Translations under genes and position numbers: made by a program
Assembly: GCA_043800555.1 (NCBI GenBank)
Contig: JAZDMX010000003.1
Location: forward strand, 97,947 to 161,946
DNA length: 64,000 nt
Direction of reading: 5' to 3'
Source: Candidatus Omnitrophota bacterium
GTDB lineage: Bacteria; Omnitrophota; Gorgyraeia; Gygaellales; Profunditerraquicolaceae
In this document: one piece after another, positions 19,498 to 29,747 of the stretch
How the letters are laid out: each line of letters begins with the position of its first letter
How positions within the stretch are numbered: the first letter of the stretch is position 1
Notes under the pieces: generated by a model
Seen by the model: the letters and a program-made list of their open reading frames with translations, nothing else
Told to the model about the DNA's origin: nothing
Databases searched by the model: none

Positions 19498-19767
19498 ATG
19501 TTTAGCGTTATAATCGGTTTAATCGCCGCCACATTGACTATGTTTTCTTTTATCCCCCAGATAGCCAGGTCTCTGCGGACTAAGTCTGTCAAGGATGTCA
19601 GCCCGGTTACGTTATTTCAGCTTTCTGCGGGAGTTTTTCTTTGGATAGTATACGGCATCCTGCGCCGGGATCCGGTAATTATCCTGGCCAATGCAGTAAC
19701 CATCGTAAGTTTGTCGGCGCTTATATTCTTATATTTTAGGTTTGGCAAAGGCATGTCCGGCAGATAG
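19498..19767 (+). CDS. SemiSWEET / PQ-loop family sugar transporter (3-TM)
   Basis: 89 aa with three predicted TMs. A PQ motif in TM1 (FSFIPQIARSLRTKS). Size and topology are typical of bacterial SemiSWEETs. Confidence 0.65.
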   Translation: MFSVIIGLIAATLTMFSFIPQIARSLRTKSVKDVSPVTLFQLSAGVFLWIVYGILRRDPVIILANAVTIVSLSALIFLYFRFGKGMSGR

Positions 19768-19778
19768 GACTGTTCCTA

Positions 19779-20663
19779 ATGGAGGGCCCCGGAATGAAAG
19801 GAATTATCCTGGCAGGCGGAAAAGGCAGGCGGCTTTATCCCATCACTAAAGGCGTTTGCAAGCAGATGCTTCCTATTTACGATAAACCGATGATTTATTA
19901 CCCGCTTTCGGTTTTGATGCTGGCCGGAATAAGGGATATCCTGGTTATTTCTACTCCTAAAGATTTGCCCCGTTTTAAGGACCTGTTGGGAGATGGCGTA
20001 AGCCTGGGGGTTAAACTTTCTTATGCGTCGCAAGAGGCCCCTAAAGGCATTGCCCAAAGTTTTATCATCGCCGAAAGATTCATCGGAGATTCCAGCGTTT
20101 GCCTTATCCTCGGGGACAATGTTTTTTACGGTTACAATCTAAGCGAGCTTTTGCAGCAGGCAATTAAGATCAAGGATGGCGCGCTTGTTTTTGGTTATTA
20201 TGTCAAAGACCCCTGCCGTTATGGCGTAATTGAGTTTAACGGTAATTGCAAGGTAGCTTCGATCATAGAAAAGCCAAAGCGCCCTAAATCCAATTGGGTT
20301 GTTTCCGGGCTGTATTTTTATGATAACAAAGTAGTTGAAATCGCCAAGAAGCTTAAGCCTTCCAGCCGCGGAGAACTGGAGATTACCTCGGTCAATAATG
20401 CATACATCAAACGAGGCAAGCTAAAGGTCAAATTTCTCGGCCGGGGCCACGCCTGGCTGGATACGGGTACCTATGATTCTTTGATTGACGCTTCCATGTT
20501 TATCAAGGCGATCGAAGAGAGGCAGGGGCTAAAAATCGGCTGTATCGAAGAAGTCAGCTATCGGATGGGTTATATAAACAAGAAACAGTTATCGGCGCTG
20601 GCCTTAGAGATGCCTAACAGCTACGGAGAATATTTAAAGGATTTGTTAAGAAGAGCCAGGTAG
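19779..20663 (+). CDS. rfbA: Glucose-1-phosphate thymidylyltransferase
   Basis: MKGIILAGGKGRRLYPITKGVCKQMLPIYDKPMIYYPLS is the canonical RmlA N-terminus. 294 aa. Confidence 0.9.
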   Translation: MEGPGMKGIILAGGKGRRLYPITKGVCKQMLPIYDKPMIYYPLSVLMLAGIRDILVISTPKDLPRFKDLLGDGVSLGVKLSYASQEAPKGIAQSFIIAERFIGDSSVCLILGDNVFYGYNLSELLQQAIKIKDGALVFGYYVKDPCRYGVIEFNGNCKVASIIEKPKRPKSNWVVSGLYFYDNKVVEIAKKLKPSSRGELEITSVNNAYIKRGKLKVKFLGRGHAWLDTGTYDSLIDASMFIKAIEERQGLKIGCIEEVSYRMGYINKKQLSALALEMPNSYGEYLKDLLRRAR

Positions 20664-20735
20664 CCGCCTATCCCCACAGCCAAAACGCCATTCTCGCAGG
20701 AGGCGCTGCCAAAAGGGAGAATATCTTACCCGGAA

Positions 20736-21557
20736 ATGAATAAAAAAATCCTAATTTTAGGCAAAGGCTTTATCGGCCAAAGGCTGCAAAAGGATTTCGG
20801 TTGCGCCATTTGCAAGGAGTTTATCCGGAGCCTTAAGGACGCCCAGAGGATAATCAAAAAATATAACCCCGGGATCATCATTAATTGCATAGGCTCTACC
20901 GGAAAAAATAACGTGGATGGCTGTGAATCCGCCAAGGACGCTACTTTGCTGGCTAACAGCTTTGTCCCCGTTATCCTTGCGGAAGCCTCCTTGCGCAGCA
21001 ATATAAAGTTGGTCCATATCAGCAGCGGGTGTATTTTTAAGTTTAACTATGCCTTGGATAAGCCGGTATCAGAAGATAAATCGCCGGATTTTTTCGGCCT
21101 ATTTTATAGCCGTTCCAAGATCTATTCCGATTTAGCTTTAGCCGAACTTAGCAAAAAATACGATATTTTGATCTGCCGCATCCGCATCCCCTTATTGAAC
21201 CAGCCGCATCCGAAGAATATCCTGGATAAATTGATTAAATACAGGAAGGTAATAACTTTGAGGAATTCCGTGACCTATATCCCTGATTTTTCCAGGGCGC
21301 TTACGCATTTGATCAAAATTGGCGCAAGAGGGATTTATAACGTGGTGAATAAGGGCGGATTGAGTTACCCCGAACTTATGGATATTTATACGAAATACGT
21401 GCCGGATTTTAAGTATAAAACAATCGATTTCCGCAAGCTTGGGCTGGTGCGCACGAATTTACTGATCTCCGCGCGCAAGCTTGAGAAAACGGGTTTTAAG
21501 GTGCGGCCGATTGATTCGGTCCTCGAAGAATGCGTAAGAGAATACCTAAAATATTAA
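20736..21557 (+). CDS. dTDP-4-dehydrorhamnose reductase-like SDR (RmlD family, divergent)
   Basis: Rossmann N-terminus ILILGKGFIGQRL. ~270 aa. A YSRSK (YxxxK) motif. ISSGCIF aligns with RmlD ISTDYVF. It sits between rmlA and rmlB. Confidence 0.5.
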   Translation: MNKKILILGKGFIGQRLQKDFGCAICKEFIRSLKDAQRIIKKYNPGIIINCIGSTGKNNVDGCESAKDATLLANSFVPVILAEASLRSNIKLVHISSGCIFKFNYALDKPVSEDKSPDFFGLFYSRSKIYSDLALAELSKKYDILICRIRIPLLNQPHPKNILDKLIKYRKVITLRNSVTYIPDFSRALTHLIKIGARGIYNVVNKGGLSYPELMDIYTKYVPDFKYKTIDFRKLGLVRTNLLISARKLEKTGFKVRPIDSVLEECVREYLKY

Positions 21558-22549
21558 TTACCGGAGGCGCGGGGTTTATCGGCAGCGCCTTTACGCGGTT
21601 ACTTATAAGGGGCGGTTCTCTGGCTACCGGCCGTAAGAATAGCGCATTTCCCGTAGTAGTTGATAACCTCACTTATGCCGGAGACCTCCAGCGGCTTAAA
21701 GAGGTAGAAGGAAGGTTTAAATTCTACAAAGCGGATATCTGCGATAAAAATGCGGTTAGTGCTATTTTTTCTAGAGGGAGGCCGGATATCGTAGTGCATT
21801 TAGCCGCAGAGAGCCACGTTGACCGCAGCATTAAAGACGCCTCCATTTTTATTGATACTAATATTAAAGGAACGCAAGTTTTGGTTGACGCCAGCCGCAA
21901 ATACTGCGTAAAAAGATTTATCTTTATCTCTACCGACGAAGTTTACGGAGAAATAGCCGATGGCAGGTTTAATGAAAGCTCTCCTATCCGGCCGAACAGC
22001 CCTTATGCGGCTTCTAAGGCATCAGCAGACCTGTTGGTCCAGGCTTATATCCGGACCTATAAATTCCCCGCGGTAATTATCCGGCCGTCAAATAGTTATG
22101 GGCCATGGCAATACCCGGAGAAGTTAATTCCGCTGGCTATCTTGAGGGTATTGGGCGGCGCTAAGGTCCCGGTTTACGGAAAAGGCAAGAACGTGCGCCA
22201 GTGGCTCTATGTTGACGATTGCGCGCGGGGTATCCTGGCGGTAATGAATAAGGGTGAAATCGCAAAGGCCTATAACTTAGGGGGAGCTTGCGAAAGCAGG
22301 AATATCGATACGGTAAAAATGCTGTTAAAGGCCCTTGGCGTCAGCCCGCAGAGGCTTGAATTTGTTAGTGACCGCCCAGGCCATGACATAAGATATAGCC
22401 TTGACTCCAGAAGAATCTCCGGTGAAACCGGCTGGAGGCCGGATGTTGATTTTACCCAAGGCCTTAAGCTTACCGTAGATTGGTCGCTAAGGCATCGAAG
22501 CTGGCTTGAGAGTAAATTAAAGGACATAAACAAGCTGTATAATAAATAA
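21530..22549 (+). CDS. rfbB: dTDP-glucose 4,6-dehydratase
   Basis: [14 protein letters not shown] glycine motif and the STDEVYG and YAASKASAD catalytic motifs. 339 aa. Confidence 0.9.
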   Translation: MRKRIPKILITGGAGFIGSAFTRLLIRGGSLATGRKNSAFPVVVDNLTYAGDLQRLKEVEGRFKFYKADICDKNAVSAIFSRGRPDIVVHLAAESHVDRSIKDASIFIDTNIKGTQVLVDASRKYCVKRFIFISTDEVYGEIADGRFNESSPIRPNSPYAASKASADLLVQAYIRTYKFPAVIIRPSNSYGPWQYPEKLIPLAILRVLGGAKVPVYGKGKNVRQWLYVDDCARGILAVMNKGEIAKAYNLGGACESRNIDTVKMLLKALGVSPQRLEFVSDRPGHDIRYSLDSRRISGETGWRPDVDFTQGLKLTVDWSLRHRSWLESKLKDINKLYNK

Positions 22550-22559
22550 GGAGTTTTTC

Positions 22560-23621
22560 ATGCCTGTTGTTTTGGTCAGCGGTTCCTGCGGTTTAATTGG
22601 TTCCGAGACAGCCGGGTTTTTTGCCCAAAAAGGGTTTGATGTCGTTGGCATCGACAATAATATGCGTAAAACTTTTTTTGGCGAAGACGGCTCCATCCTT
22701 TGGAATAAAGAGCGCCTGCGGAAGAAATACAAAAACTACGCGCATTATTCCGTAGATATCCGCGACGAAAATAAAATAAACAGGATCTTTAGGCGGTTCG
22801 GCCCGCAGATCGCTTTAATCGTCCATACGGCGGCCCAGCCGTCGCATGACTGGGCGGCGAAAGACCCGTTGGTTGATTTTGGCGTCAATGCCGACGGCAC
22901 GCTGGTAATGCTGGAGGCAATGCGTAAGTTGGCGCCGGAAGCAGTTTTTATTTTTACCTCGACCAATAAAGTTTACGGCGATACCCCTAACCGCCTGCCG
23001 TTAATTGAGAAAGAAAAACGCTTTGAGATTTCCCCGGAACATAAATATTACCGGGGTATTGATGAGGGTATGAGTATTGACGGATGCCTGCATTCGGTTT
23101 TCGGCGCCTCAAAAGTCGCCGCAGACATAATGACGCAGGAATACGGCAGGTATTTTAATCTGCGCACAGCGGTGTTTCGCGGCGGATGTCTCACCGGCCC
23201 GGCGCATTCAGCAGCGGAATTGCACGGGTTTTTATCCTACCTGGTCAAATGCGCCGTGACAAGACGCAAATATAAGATTTATGGCTACAAAGGCAAGCAG
23301 GTCAGGGATAACATACATTCTTTTGACCTGGTAAACGCGTTTTATCATTATTTCCAGGCCCCCCGGTGCGGCGAAGTTTATAACATAGGCGGAGGCAGGT
23401 TCGCAAATGTTTCTATCCTGGAAGCGATTGAATTTTGCGAGGCGCTGACAGGGGAAAAATTCGAATATGAATATATCGATACTAACCGTATCGGCGACCA
23501 TATCTGGTGGGTCAGCGATGTCTCCAAGTTTAAATCGCATTATCCCGGCTGGCAGTATAAATTCGGCATAGAAGATACGATGAAGCAAATTTACCTGGCC
23601 CAGAAAGGGTTGTCGCAATAG
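22560..23621 (+). CDS. Extended-SDR epimerase/dehydratase, CDP-paratose 2-epimerase-like, with the catalytic Tyr position occupied by Phe
   Basis: [14 protein letters not shown] Rossmann motif and a TSTNKVYGD motif. The expected YxxxK reads [12 protein letters not shown], i.e. F where Tyr is expected. Confidence 0.6.
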   Translation: MPVVLVSGSCGLIGSETAGFFAQKGFDVVGIDNNMRKTFFGEDGSILWNKERLRKKYKNYAHYSVDIRDENKINRIFRRFGPQIALIVHTAAQPSHDWAAKDPLVDFGVNADGTLVMLEAMRKLAPEAVFIFTSTNKVYGDTPNRLPLIEKEKRFEISPEHKYYRGIDEGMSIDGCLHSVFGASKVAADIMTQEYGRYFNLRTAVFRGGCLTGPAHSAAELHGFLSYLVKCAVTRRKYKIYGYKGKQVRDNIHSFDLVNAFYHYFQAPRCGEVYNIGGGRFANVSILEAIEFCEALTGEKFEYEYIDTNRIGDHIWWVSDVSKFKSHYPGWQYKFGIEDTMKQIYLAQKGLSQ

Positions 23622-23748
23622 GATCGGCTGCTTGCCGGATACAAGCAGCATCAGCTTGGCCGGCTTTTTACCTTGCGAAAGGAAACTGCCCTGATTTGGG
23701 TTTATTCGGCGCATCATTCATCAATGAGGTTGATATTTCAAGGTTTAA

Positions 23749-24792
23749 ATGAGATATAATAATATTCTAATTACCGGAGGCGCCGGTTTCATCGGCAGTA
23801 ACCTGGCGGTCTATTTCAAGCGTGAATACCCGCGGATGAAAGTGTTTGCTTTGGATAACCTGGCGCGCCGGGGAAGCGAATTTAACCTGCCGCGCCTTAA
23901 GGAAAACGGCATTAAATTCATCCTTGGGGATGTCCGTTACCCTAAAGACATGCGCCTAGGATTCGACATAGACCTGCTACTGGACTGTTCCGCCGAACCG
24001 TCGGTTTTGGCGGGTTATGATAACCCTTCCTATATCATTGATGCCAACCTGATGGGCACTGTTAATTGCCTGGAGTTTTGCCGCAAGCGAAAAGCGGGGA
24101 TGATTTTTCTTTCCACCAGCAGGGTTTATCCCTATGAGGAAATAAACGCGATCAGGCGCCGGGAAACAAAAAGCAGGTTTGAGTGGGATAACCCTGGCGG
24201 TATTGATACGGATTTTTCCCTGGCCGGCCCAAAGACCTTATACGGGGCGACTAAACTGGCCGGCGAGTTTATCCTTCAGGAGTATGCCGCCGCATACGGC
24301 ATCAAGGCGGTTGTGGACCGCTGCGGAGTAGTCGCCGGGCCATGGCAGTTCGGCAAGGTTGACCAGGGCGTTTTTACTTATTGGATGCTGGCGCACTATT
24401 TCAAGAAACCGCTTAAATATATCGGTTTTGGAGGCCAGGGTAAGCAGGTGCGCGACCTCTTGCATATTGATGACCTTTGCCGGTTAATCGGCCTGCAGGC
24501 AAACAGCCTTGGCGAATTAAGCGGGAATACTTATAATGTCGGCGGTTCAAGAGAAATAAGCCTCTCTTTATTGGAAACTACAGCGTTTTGCCGGCAGATT
24601 TCCGGCAATAAGGTAAGAGTAGGCCGGAATCTGCGCAACCGGCCGGGAGATATCGCGGTTTATCTTACTAATAACGAAAAAGTTACCCGTGACTTTAAAT
24701 GGAAGCCGCGCAAGGCATCCGCAACTATCCTGAATGATATTTTTGGCTGGATCAGGAATAATGAGGCAAAGCTAAAGAAGCTATGCGGTTAA
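23749..24792 (+). CDS. Extended-SDR epimerase/dehydratase (CDP-paratose 2-epimerase-like paralog)
   Basis: [25 protein letters not shown], and an intact YxxxK (TLYGATKLAGE). Confidence 0.65.
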   Translation: MRYNNILITGGAGFIGSNLAVYFKREYPRMKVFALDNLARRGSEFNLPRLKENGIKFILGDVRYPKDMRLGFDIDLLLDCSAEPSVLAGYDNPSYIIDANLMGTVNCLEFCRKRKAGMIFLSTSRVYPYEEINAIRRRETKSRFEWDNPGGIDTDFSLAGPKTLYGATKLAGEFILQEYAAAYGIKAVVDRCGVVAGPWQFGKVDQGVFTYWMLAHYFKKPLKYIGFGGQGKQVRDLLHIDDLCRLIGLQANSLGELSGNTYNVGGSREISLSLLETTAFCRQISGNKVRVGRNLRNRPGDIAVYLTNNEKVTRDFKWKPRKASATILNDIFGWIRNNEAKLKKLCG

Positions 24793-24798
24793 ATTAGC

Positions 24799-25539
24799 AT
24801 GGTTATTCAAGATACCCTGCGTAAACGTTTTATCTGCGCCGAAACCGATTCCCTGGTTATAGAAACAATCCAAACTGAATCCAAAACCCTGCGTCAGCGC
24901 CTAAGAATGCTTAAGCTTAAAGGGGCTTGGCGCGCTAATAGCCGGAATGAGCTTTGTTTTGATGTTGCCCTGCGCAAAGGCCGGCCGCAAACCTATACCT
25001 TTAAAGGGGCTTGGAAGCTGGATGATAACCAGCAGATTGAATATAGCAGCGGCCAAGGCCCGGATGTATTAACCTTAAAAGGGCACTGGGATATATCTTC
25101 GGCTAACCGGCTTGTTTATATTTTAGAAGGCAGTTCAACCTCGCGTTTTGAATTCAAGGCCCAGCTTGAGTCGCCTGTAATTTATCCTAAGGCAGGCCAG
25201 ATCCGCTACCGTATCGGCATAGGTAGCCGTAAAAGCCGGCTGACTGGCGGGCAGCTGCTTATTTTCTATGGTGAATGGAAATTTGGCCGTAATTTAGGGT
25301 TGGTTTTCCAGATGGATTATGGCCAGGGACGGGTTAAAGCCATTCTCTTTGGGGCAGAGTTAACCTTTGGCCGTAATAAGGTTATTTTTGCGCTTAAGAG
25401 CGAACTTGGCGAACCTTTAGGGATGGCCCTTACCATGACACATAAATACTTGGAACATCTTGATACTAAAGCTTTTATAAGATTAAAATCCCGCAGCAAA
25501 GAACAGGCAGTAGAAGCCGGCATAACTATCCCCTTTTAA
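24799..25539 (+). CDS. Hypothetical protein with four to five ~30-aa internal repeats (KG-x-W class)
   Basis: Repeats LKGAWRANSRNELCFDVAL, FKGAWKLDDNQQIEYSSGQ, LKGHWDISSANRLVYILEG, FYGEWKFGRNLGLVFQMDY, FGAELTFGRNKVIFALKS. No signal peptide. No recognisable catalytic motif. Confidence 0.45.
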   Translation: MVIQDTLRKRFICAETDSLVIETIQTESKTLRQRLRMLKLKGAWRANSRNELCFDVALRKGRPQTYTFKGAWKLDDNQQIEYSSGQGPDVLTLKGHWDISSANRLVYILEGSSTSRFEFKAQLESPVIYPKAGQIRYRIGIGSRKSRLTGGQLLIFYGEWKFGRNLGLVFQMDYGQGRVKAILFGAELTFGRNKVIFALKSELGEPLGMALTMTHKYLEHLDTKAFIRLKSRSKEQAVEAGITIPF

Positions 25540-25655
25540 CCAAAAAAATCCTTTGCTCCCCAGGCTTTAATGATATAATATCTCCCGGTGTTACCGCTGC
25601 GCGCCCGAATGGGCGAGATAGTTTCAGGCTAAGCATCAAAAATGCGGAGGTAGAT

Positions 25656-26390
25656 GTGTTAAAACAATACGGCTGGCTGCCTGACATCCCGGATAAACGC
25701 GATTTACTCTACAGTTCTATTAAGCCCCGCATTAAGCTTCTTCCTAAAGTTGATTTGCGTAAAAACTGTCCACAAATAGAGCGCCAGGGAAACCTTGGCA
25801 GCTGCACTGCTTGTGCCCTGGCCGGAAACATTGAATACCTGGATAACCTTTTGGATTTTATTTATACTGACGTTAGCCGGCTTTTTATCTATTATAACGA
25901 AAGGGCCCTGGAGGGAACGCAAGATTATGACGCCGGAGCGTCTTTGCGCGACGGCATAAAGTCCCTGAGGAAAACCGGTTATTGCTGGGAGGCATCCTGG
26001 CCTTATAAAATCGTTTTTTTTAGCCGGAAACCCCCGGTTCGCTGCTATAGAGAAGCCAGGCAGCATTGTATCCAATCCTACCATCGTATCAATAATTTAA
26101 GGGAAATGCTGGTTTGTTTGAGCCAGGGGTATCCTTTTGTTTTTGGTTTTACCGTTTATGAGAGCTTTGAGGGCCCGGCTGTAAAACGCACGGGTATCGC
26201 GAATATGCCTGAAAAAGGAGAGCGTGTTTTAGGCGGCCACGCCGTAATGGCAGTTGGTTATAACCAAAAAGAAAAGAGGTTCCTTGTCCGTAATTCCTGG
26301 GGTAAGCAATGGGGTAAGGGAGGGTATTTTACCCTGCCTTTTGAATACCTGGAAACCCTGGCCGCGGATTTCTGGACAATAAGGAAGTAG
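25656..26390 (+). CDS. Papain-like (C1 family) cysteine peptidase lacking a signal peptide and pro-region
   Basis: QGNLGSCTACALAG matches the Q...GSCWAF catalytic Cys context. GGHAVMAVGY supplies the His and VRNSWGKQWGKGGYF the Asn. 244 aa, and the N-terminus starts directly at the mature-domain equivalent. Confidence 0.7.
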   Translation: MLKQYGWLPDIPDKRDLLYSSIKPRIKLLPKVDLRKNCPQIERQGNLGSCTACALAGNIEYLDNLLDFIYTDVSRLFIYYNERALEGTQDYDAGASLRDGIKSLRKTGYCWEASWPYKIVFFSRKPPVRCYREARQHCIQSYHRINNLREMLVCLSQGYPFVFGFTVYESFEGPAVKRTGIANMPEKGERVLGGHAVMAVGYNQKEKRFLVRNSWGKQWGKGGYFTLPFEYLETLAADFWTIRK

Positions 26391-26399
26391 AGGGATAAG

Positions 26400-27440
26400 A
26401 TGAAAAAGGCGTTAATTACCGGAGCTACCGGCCAAGACGGTTCGTACCTGGTGGAGTTACTCTTATCTAAAGGATACGAAGTCCATGGCATTATCCGCCG
26501 GGCAAGCACTTTTAATACCGGCAGGCTCAACCATATCTATACCGATCCGCACGAGCCTAAGGCCAAATTGTTCCTGCACTACGGCGATATTTCCGATGCC
26601 GAGCAAATCAACAATATTATTTTCAATATTAAACCTGACGAAGTGTACCATTTAGCCGCGCAAAGCCATGTGCGGGTAAGTTTCGATATTCCCGAATACA
26701 CCGGCAATATCACTGCTTTAGGCGCCACGCGTATCCTGGAATCGATCCGCCGGAGCGATAGGAAGATTAAACTCTACCAGGCCTCCAGCAGCGAGATGCT
26801 GGGGGCAGCGCATCCTCCGCAGTCGGAGGCTACGCCTTTTCAGCCGCAAAGCCCCTATGCCTGCGCCAAGGTTTACGCGTATTGGATGGTTAAAAACTAC
26901 CGTGAAGGCTACGGTTTATTTGCCTGCAACGGCATACTTTTTAACCATGAGTCGCCCAGGAGAGGGGAGACATTTGTTACCCGTAAAGTTACCCGCGCTC
27001 TCGCCGGTATCTTAGCCGGCAAGCAAAAGAAACTTTACCTGGGTAACCTTGAAGCAAAGCGCGACTGGGGCTTTGCCCCGGAGTATGTCGAAGGCATGTG
27101 GAAAATCCTCCAGCAGGAAAAACCGGATGATTTTGTTTTAGGCACGGGCCAGTCGCATGCGGTGAAGGAATTTGTCCAAGCGGCATTTGCTTACGCGGGA
27201 TTAAACTGGAAGAAATACGTATTGATTGACAAGAGGTATTTCCGCCCGACAGAAGTAAATGTGCTTAAGGCCGACCCATCCAAAGCCAAAAAGGCCTTAG
27301 GCTGGAAACCCAAAGTTACCTTCGATGATTTAGCCAAGATTATGGTTGATGCCGATATGCGCCAGATCGGCCTTAAGCCTATCGGCGAAGGCGATAAGAT
27401 TTTAAAACTAAAATTCACCAACAGGTGGTGGAAGGTCGAC

Positions 27441-27443
<3 letters not shown>
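26400..27443 (+). CDS. gmd: GDP-mannose 4,6-dehydratase
   Basis: [46 protein letters not shown] is the canonical Gmd N-terminus. YACAK YxxxK motif. Confidence 0.9.
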
Positions 27444-28463
<1,020 letters not shown>

Positions 28464-28464
28464 T

Positions 28465-29679
28465 ATGAGTAACCTTAGCAGGAAAAAGAAATCCGATAAT
28501 CTAAACGCTAAAGGCTGGAGGTTTGCAGGCAACGAAAGGCGGTATTTGGATGAGGTTTTATCTAACGGCTTTACCGCCGGAGGAACCGGGACAATGACCG
28601 AACGTTTAGAAAACGGTTTTGCCGCTCTCCACAAAAAGAAATACGCCATTGGCGCAAATTCCGGGACTTCTACTTTACATATGGCGTTAAAGGCTTTTGG
28701 GGTAGGCCCCGGAGATGAAGTCATCGTCCCCGGGCTTACGGTGGCTATGTGCGGGTTTGCAATCTGGCAGTGCCAGGCAACCCCGGTTTTTACGGATGTG
28801 CGCGAAGATACCTTCCTGCTTGATCCTGCGGATATAGAAAAAAAGATAAGCAAAAAGACAAAACCGATTATGCCAGTGCATCTTTATGGCTTAATGTGCG
28901 ATATGGGGGCTATCCTCAAAATTGCCAAGAAGCACGATTTATATATTGTTGAAGACTGCGCTCAATGCTACCTGGCCGAAGATGGCGCGGGCAGGATAGC
29001 CGGCACCGCAGGAGATGTCGGTAGCTGGAGTTTTGAGAATTCAAAACATATATCTACGGGAGACGGGGGGATAGTGCTTACGGATAATGAGCGCCTGGCA
29101 GAGTATATGAGGCAATTCGGAGGCGTAGGCTTTAAGAATATTACCGCAACTAGCGGTAAGGTAAGAATTGATAGGGATAAATTTCAAGATCCGTCCTGGC
29201 TACGGCATAGCATACCGGCTTATAACTACAGGCTTCCTGAATTATGCGCAGCTGTTGCCTTGGCCCAGTTAGAGCGGGTAAAATTATTTTGTAAGCTCAG
29301 GATAACCATGGGATTGGGTTATCTTGAAGTCATCCGCAGGACAAAAACCAGGCTCCTGGTTCCCCAAAAGACCCCGCGGGGATATACGCATTCGTATTTT
29401 ACGTTTGCCGCCCTTTTCAGGGGAGGCGAGTGCGGGATAGGCTGGCAGGAATTCAGGAAAAAGCATATCGAAAACGGGGGAGACGGCATTTACGCCGCCT
29501 GGCAGACATTGAATAATGAGCCTTGTTTCAAGAACAATAATATCGGCTATGGGAGGATCCCTGTCGCGGAAAAGCTCCAGCAAAATCTTATGCAATTTAC
29601 CACTAACCAGCATGACGGGACGCAACGCAATAAGCAGTTCCAGGCTTTAGAGAAAACAATAAAATATTTTAGTAAGTAG
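28465..29679 (+). CDS. DegT/DnrJ/EryC1/StrS-family PLP-dependent sugar aminotransferase/dehydratase-like protein (divergent)
   Basis: Fold-type I region with DEVIVPGLT, IVEDCAQC and SFENSKHISTGDGGIV, a variant of the SFxxxKxxxxGxGG PLP-Lys motif. Confidence 0.55.
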   Translation: MSNLSRKKKSDNLNAKGWRFAGNERRYLDEVLSNGFTAGGTGTMTERLENGFAALHKKKYAIGANSGTSTLHMALKAFGVGPGDEVIVPGLTVAMCGFAIWQCQATPVFTDVREDTFLLDPADIEKKISKKTKPIMPVHLYGLMCDMGAILKIAKKHDLYIVEDCAQCYLAEDGAGRIAGTAGDVGSWSFENSKHISTGDGGIVLTDNERLAEYMRQFGGVGFKNITATSGKVRIDRDKFQDPSWLRHSIPAYNYRLPELCAAVALAQLERVKLFCKLRITMGLGYLEVIRRTKTRLLVPQKTPRGYTHSYFTFAALFRGGECGIGWQEFRKKHIENGGDGIYAAWQTLNNEPCFKNNNIGYGRIPVAEKLQQNLMQFTTNQHDGTQRNKQFQALEKTIKYFSK

Positions 29680-29747
29680 CGTACCCGGCAGCCGTCTTCC
29701 CGGATGAGGCCATTGTTTAGGAATAAGTTATCTGGAGAATAAAAACG

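Noticed and set aside
19321-19498. Checked the intergenic gaps at 19321-19498, 9268-9462, 13790-13874 and 25539-25656 for tRNA, sRNA or riboswitch-like structure, and for a T-box leader for tyrS.
   Set aside because: No cloverleaf-compatible or T-box features were found. The tyrS leader is only 27 nt. The gaps are explained by hairpin terminators and promoters, or are too short.
23621-23749. Short hairpin GCTGCTTG-ccggata-CAAGCAGC in the 128-nt gap between the two SDR paralogs.
   Set aside because: It has an 8-bp stem but no T-run, so it is weak as an intrinsic terminator. A promoter for the second paralog may lie here, but no convincing -35/-10 pair was seen.
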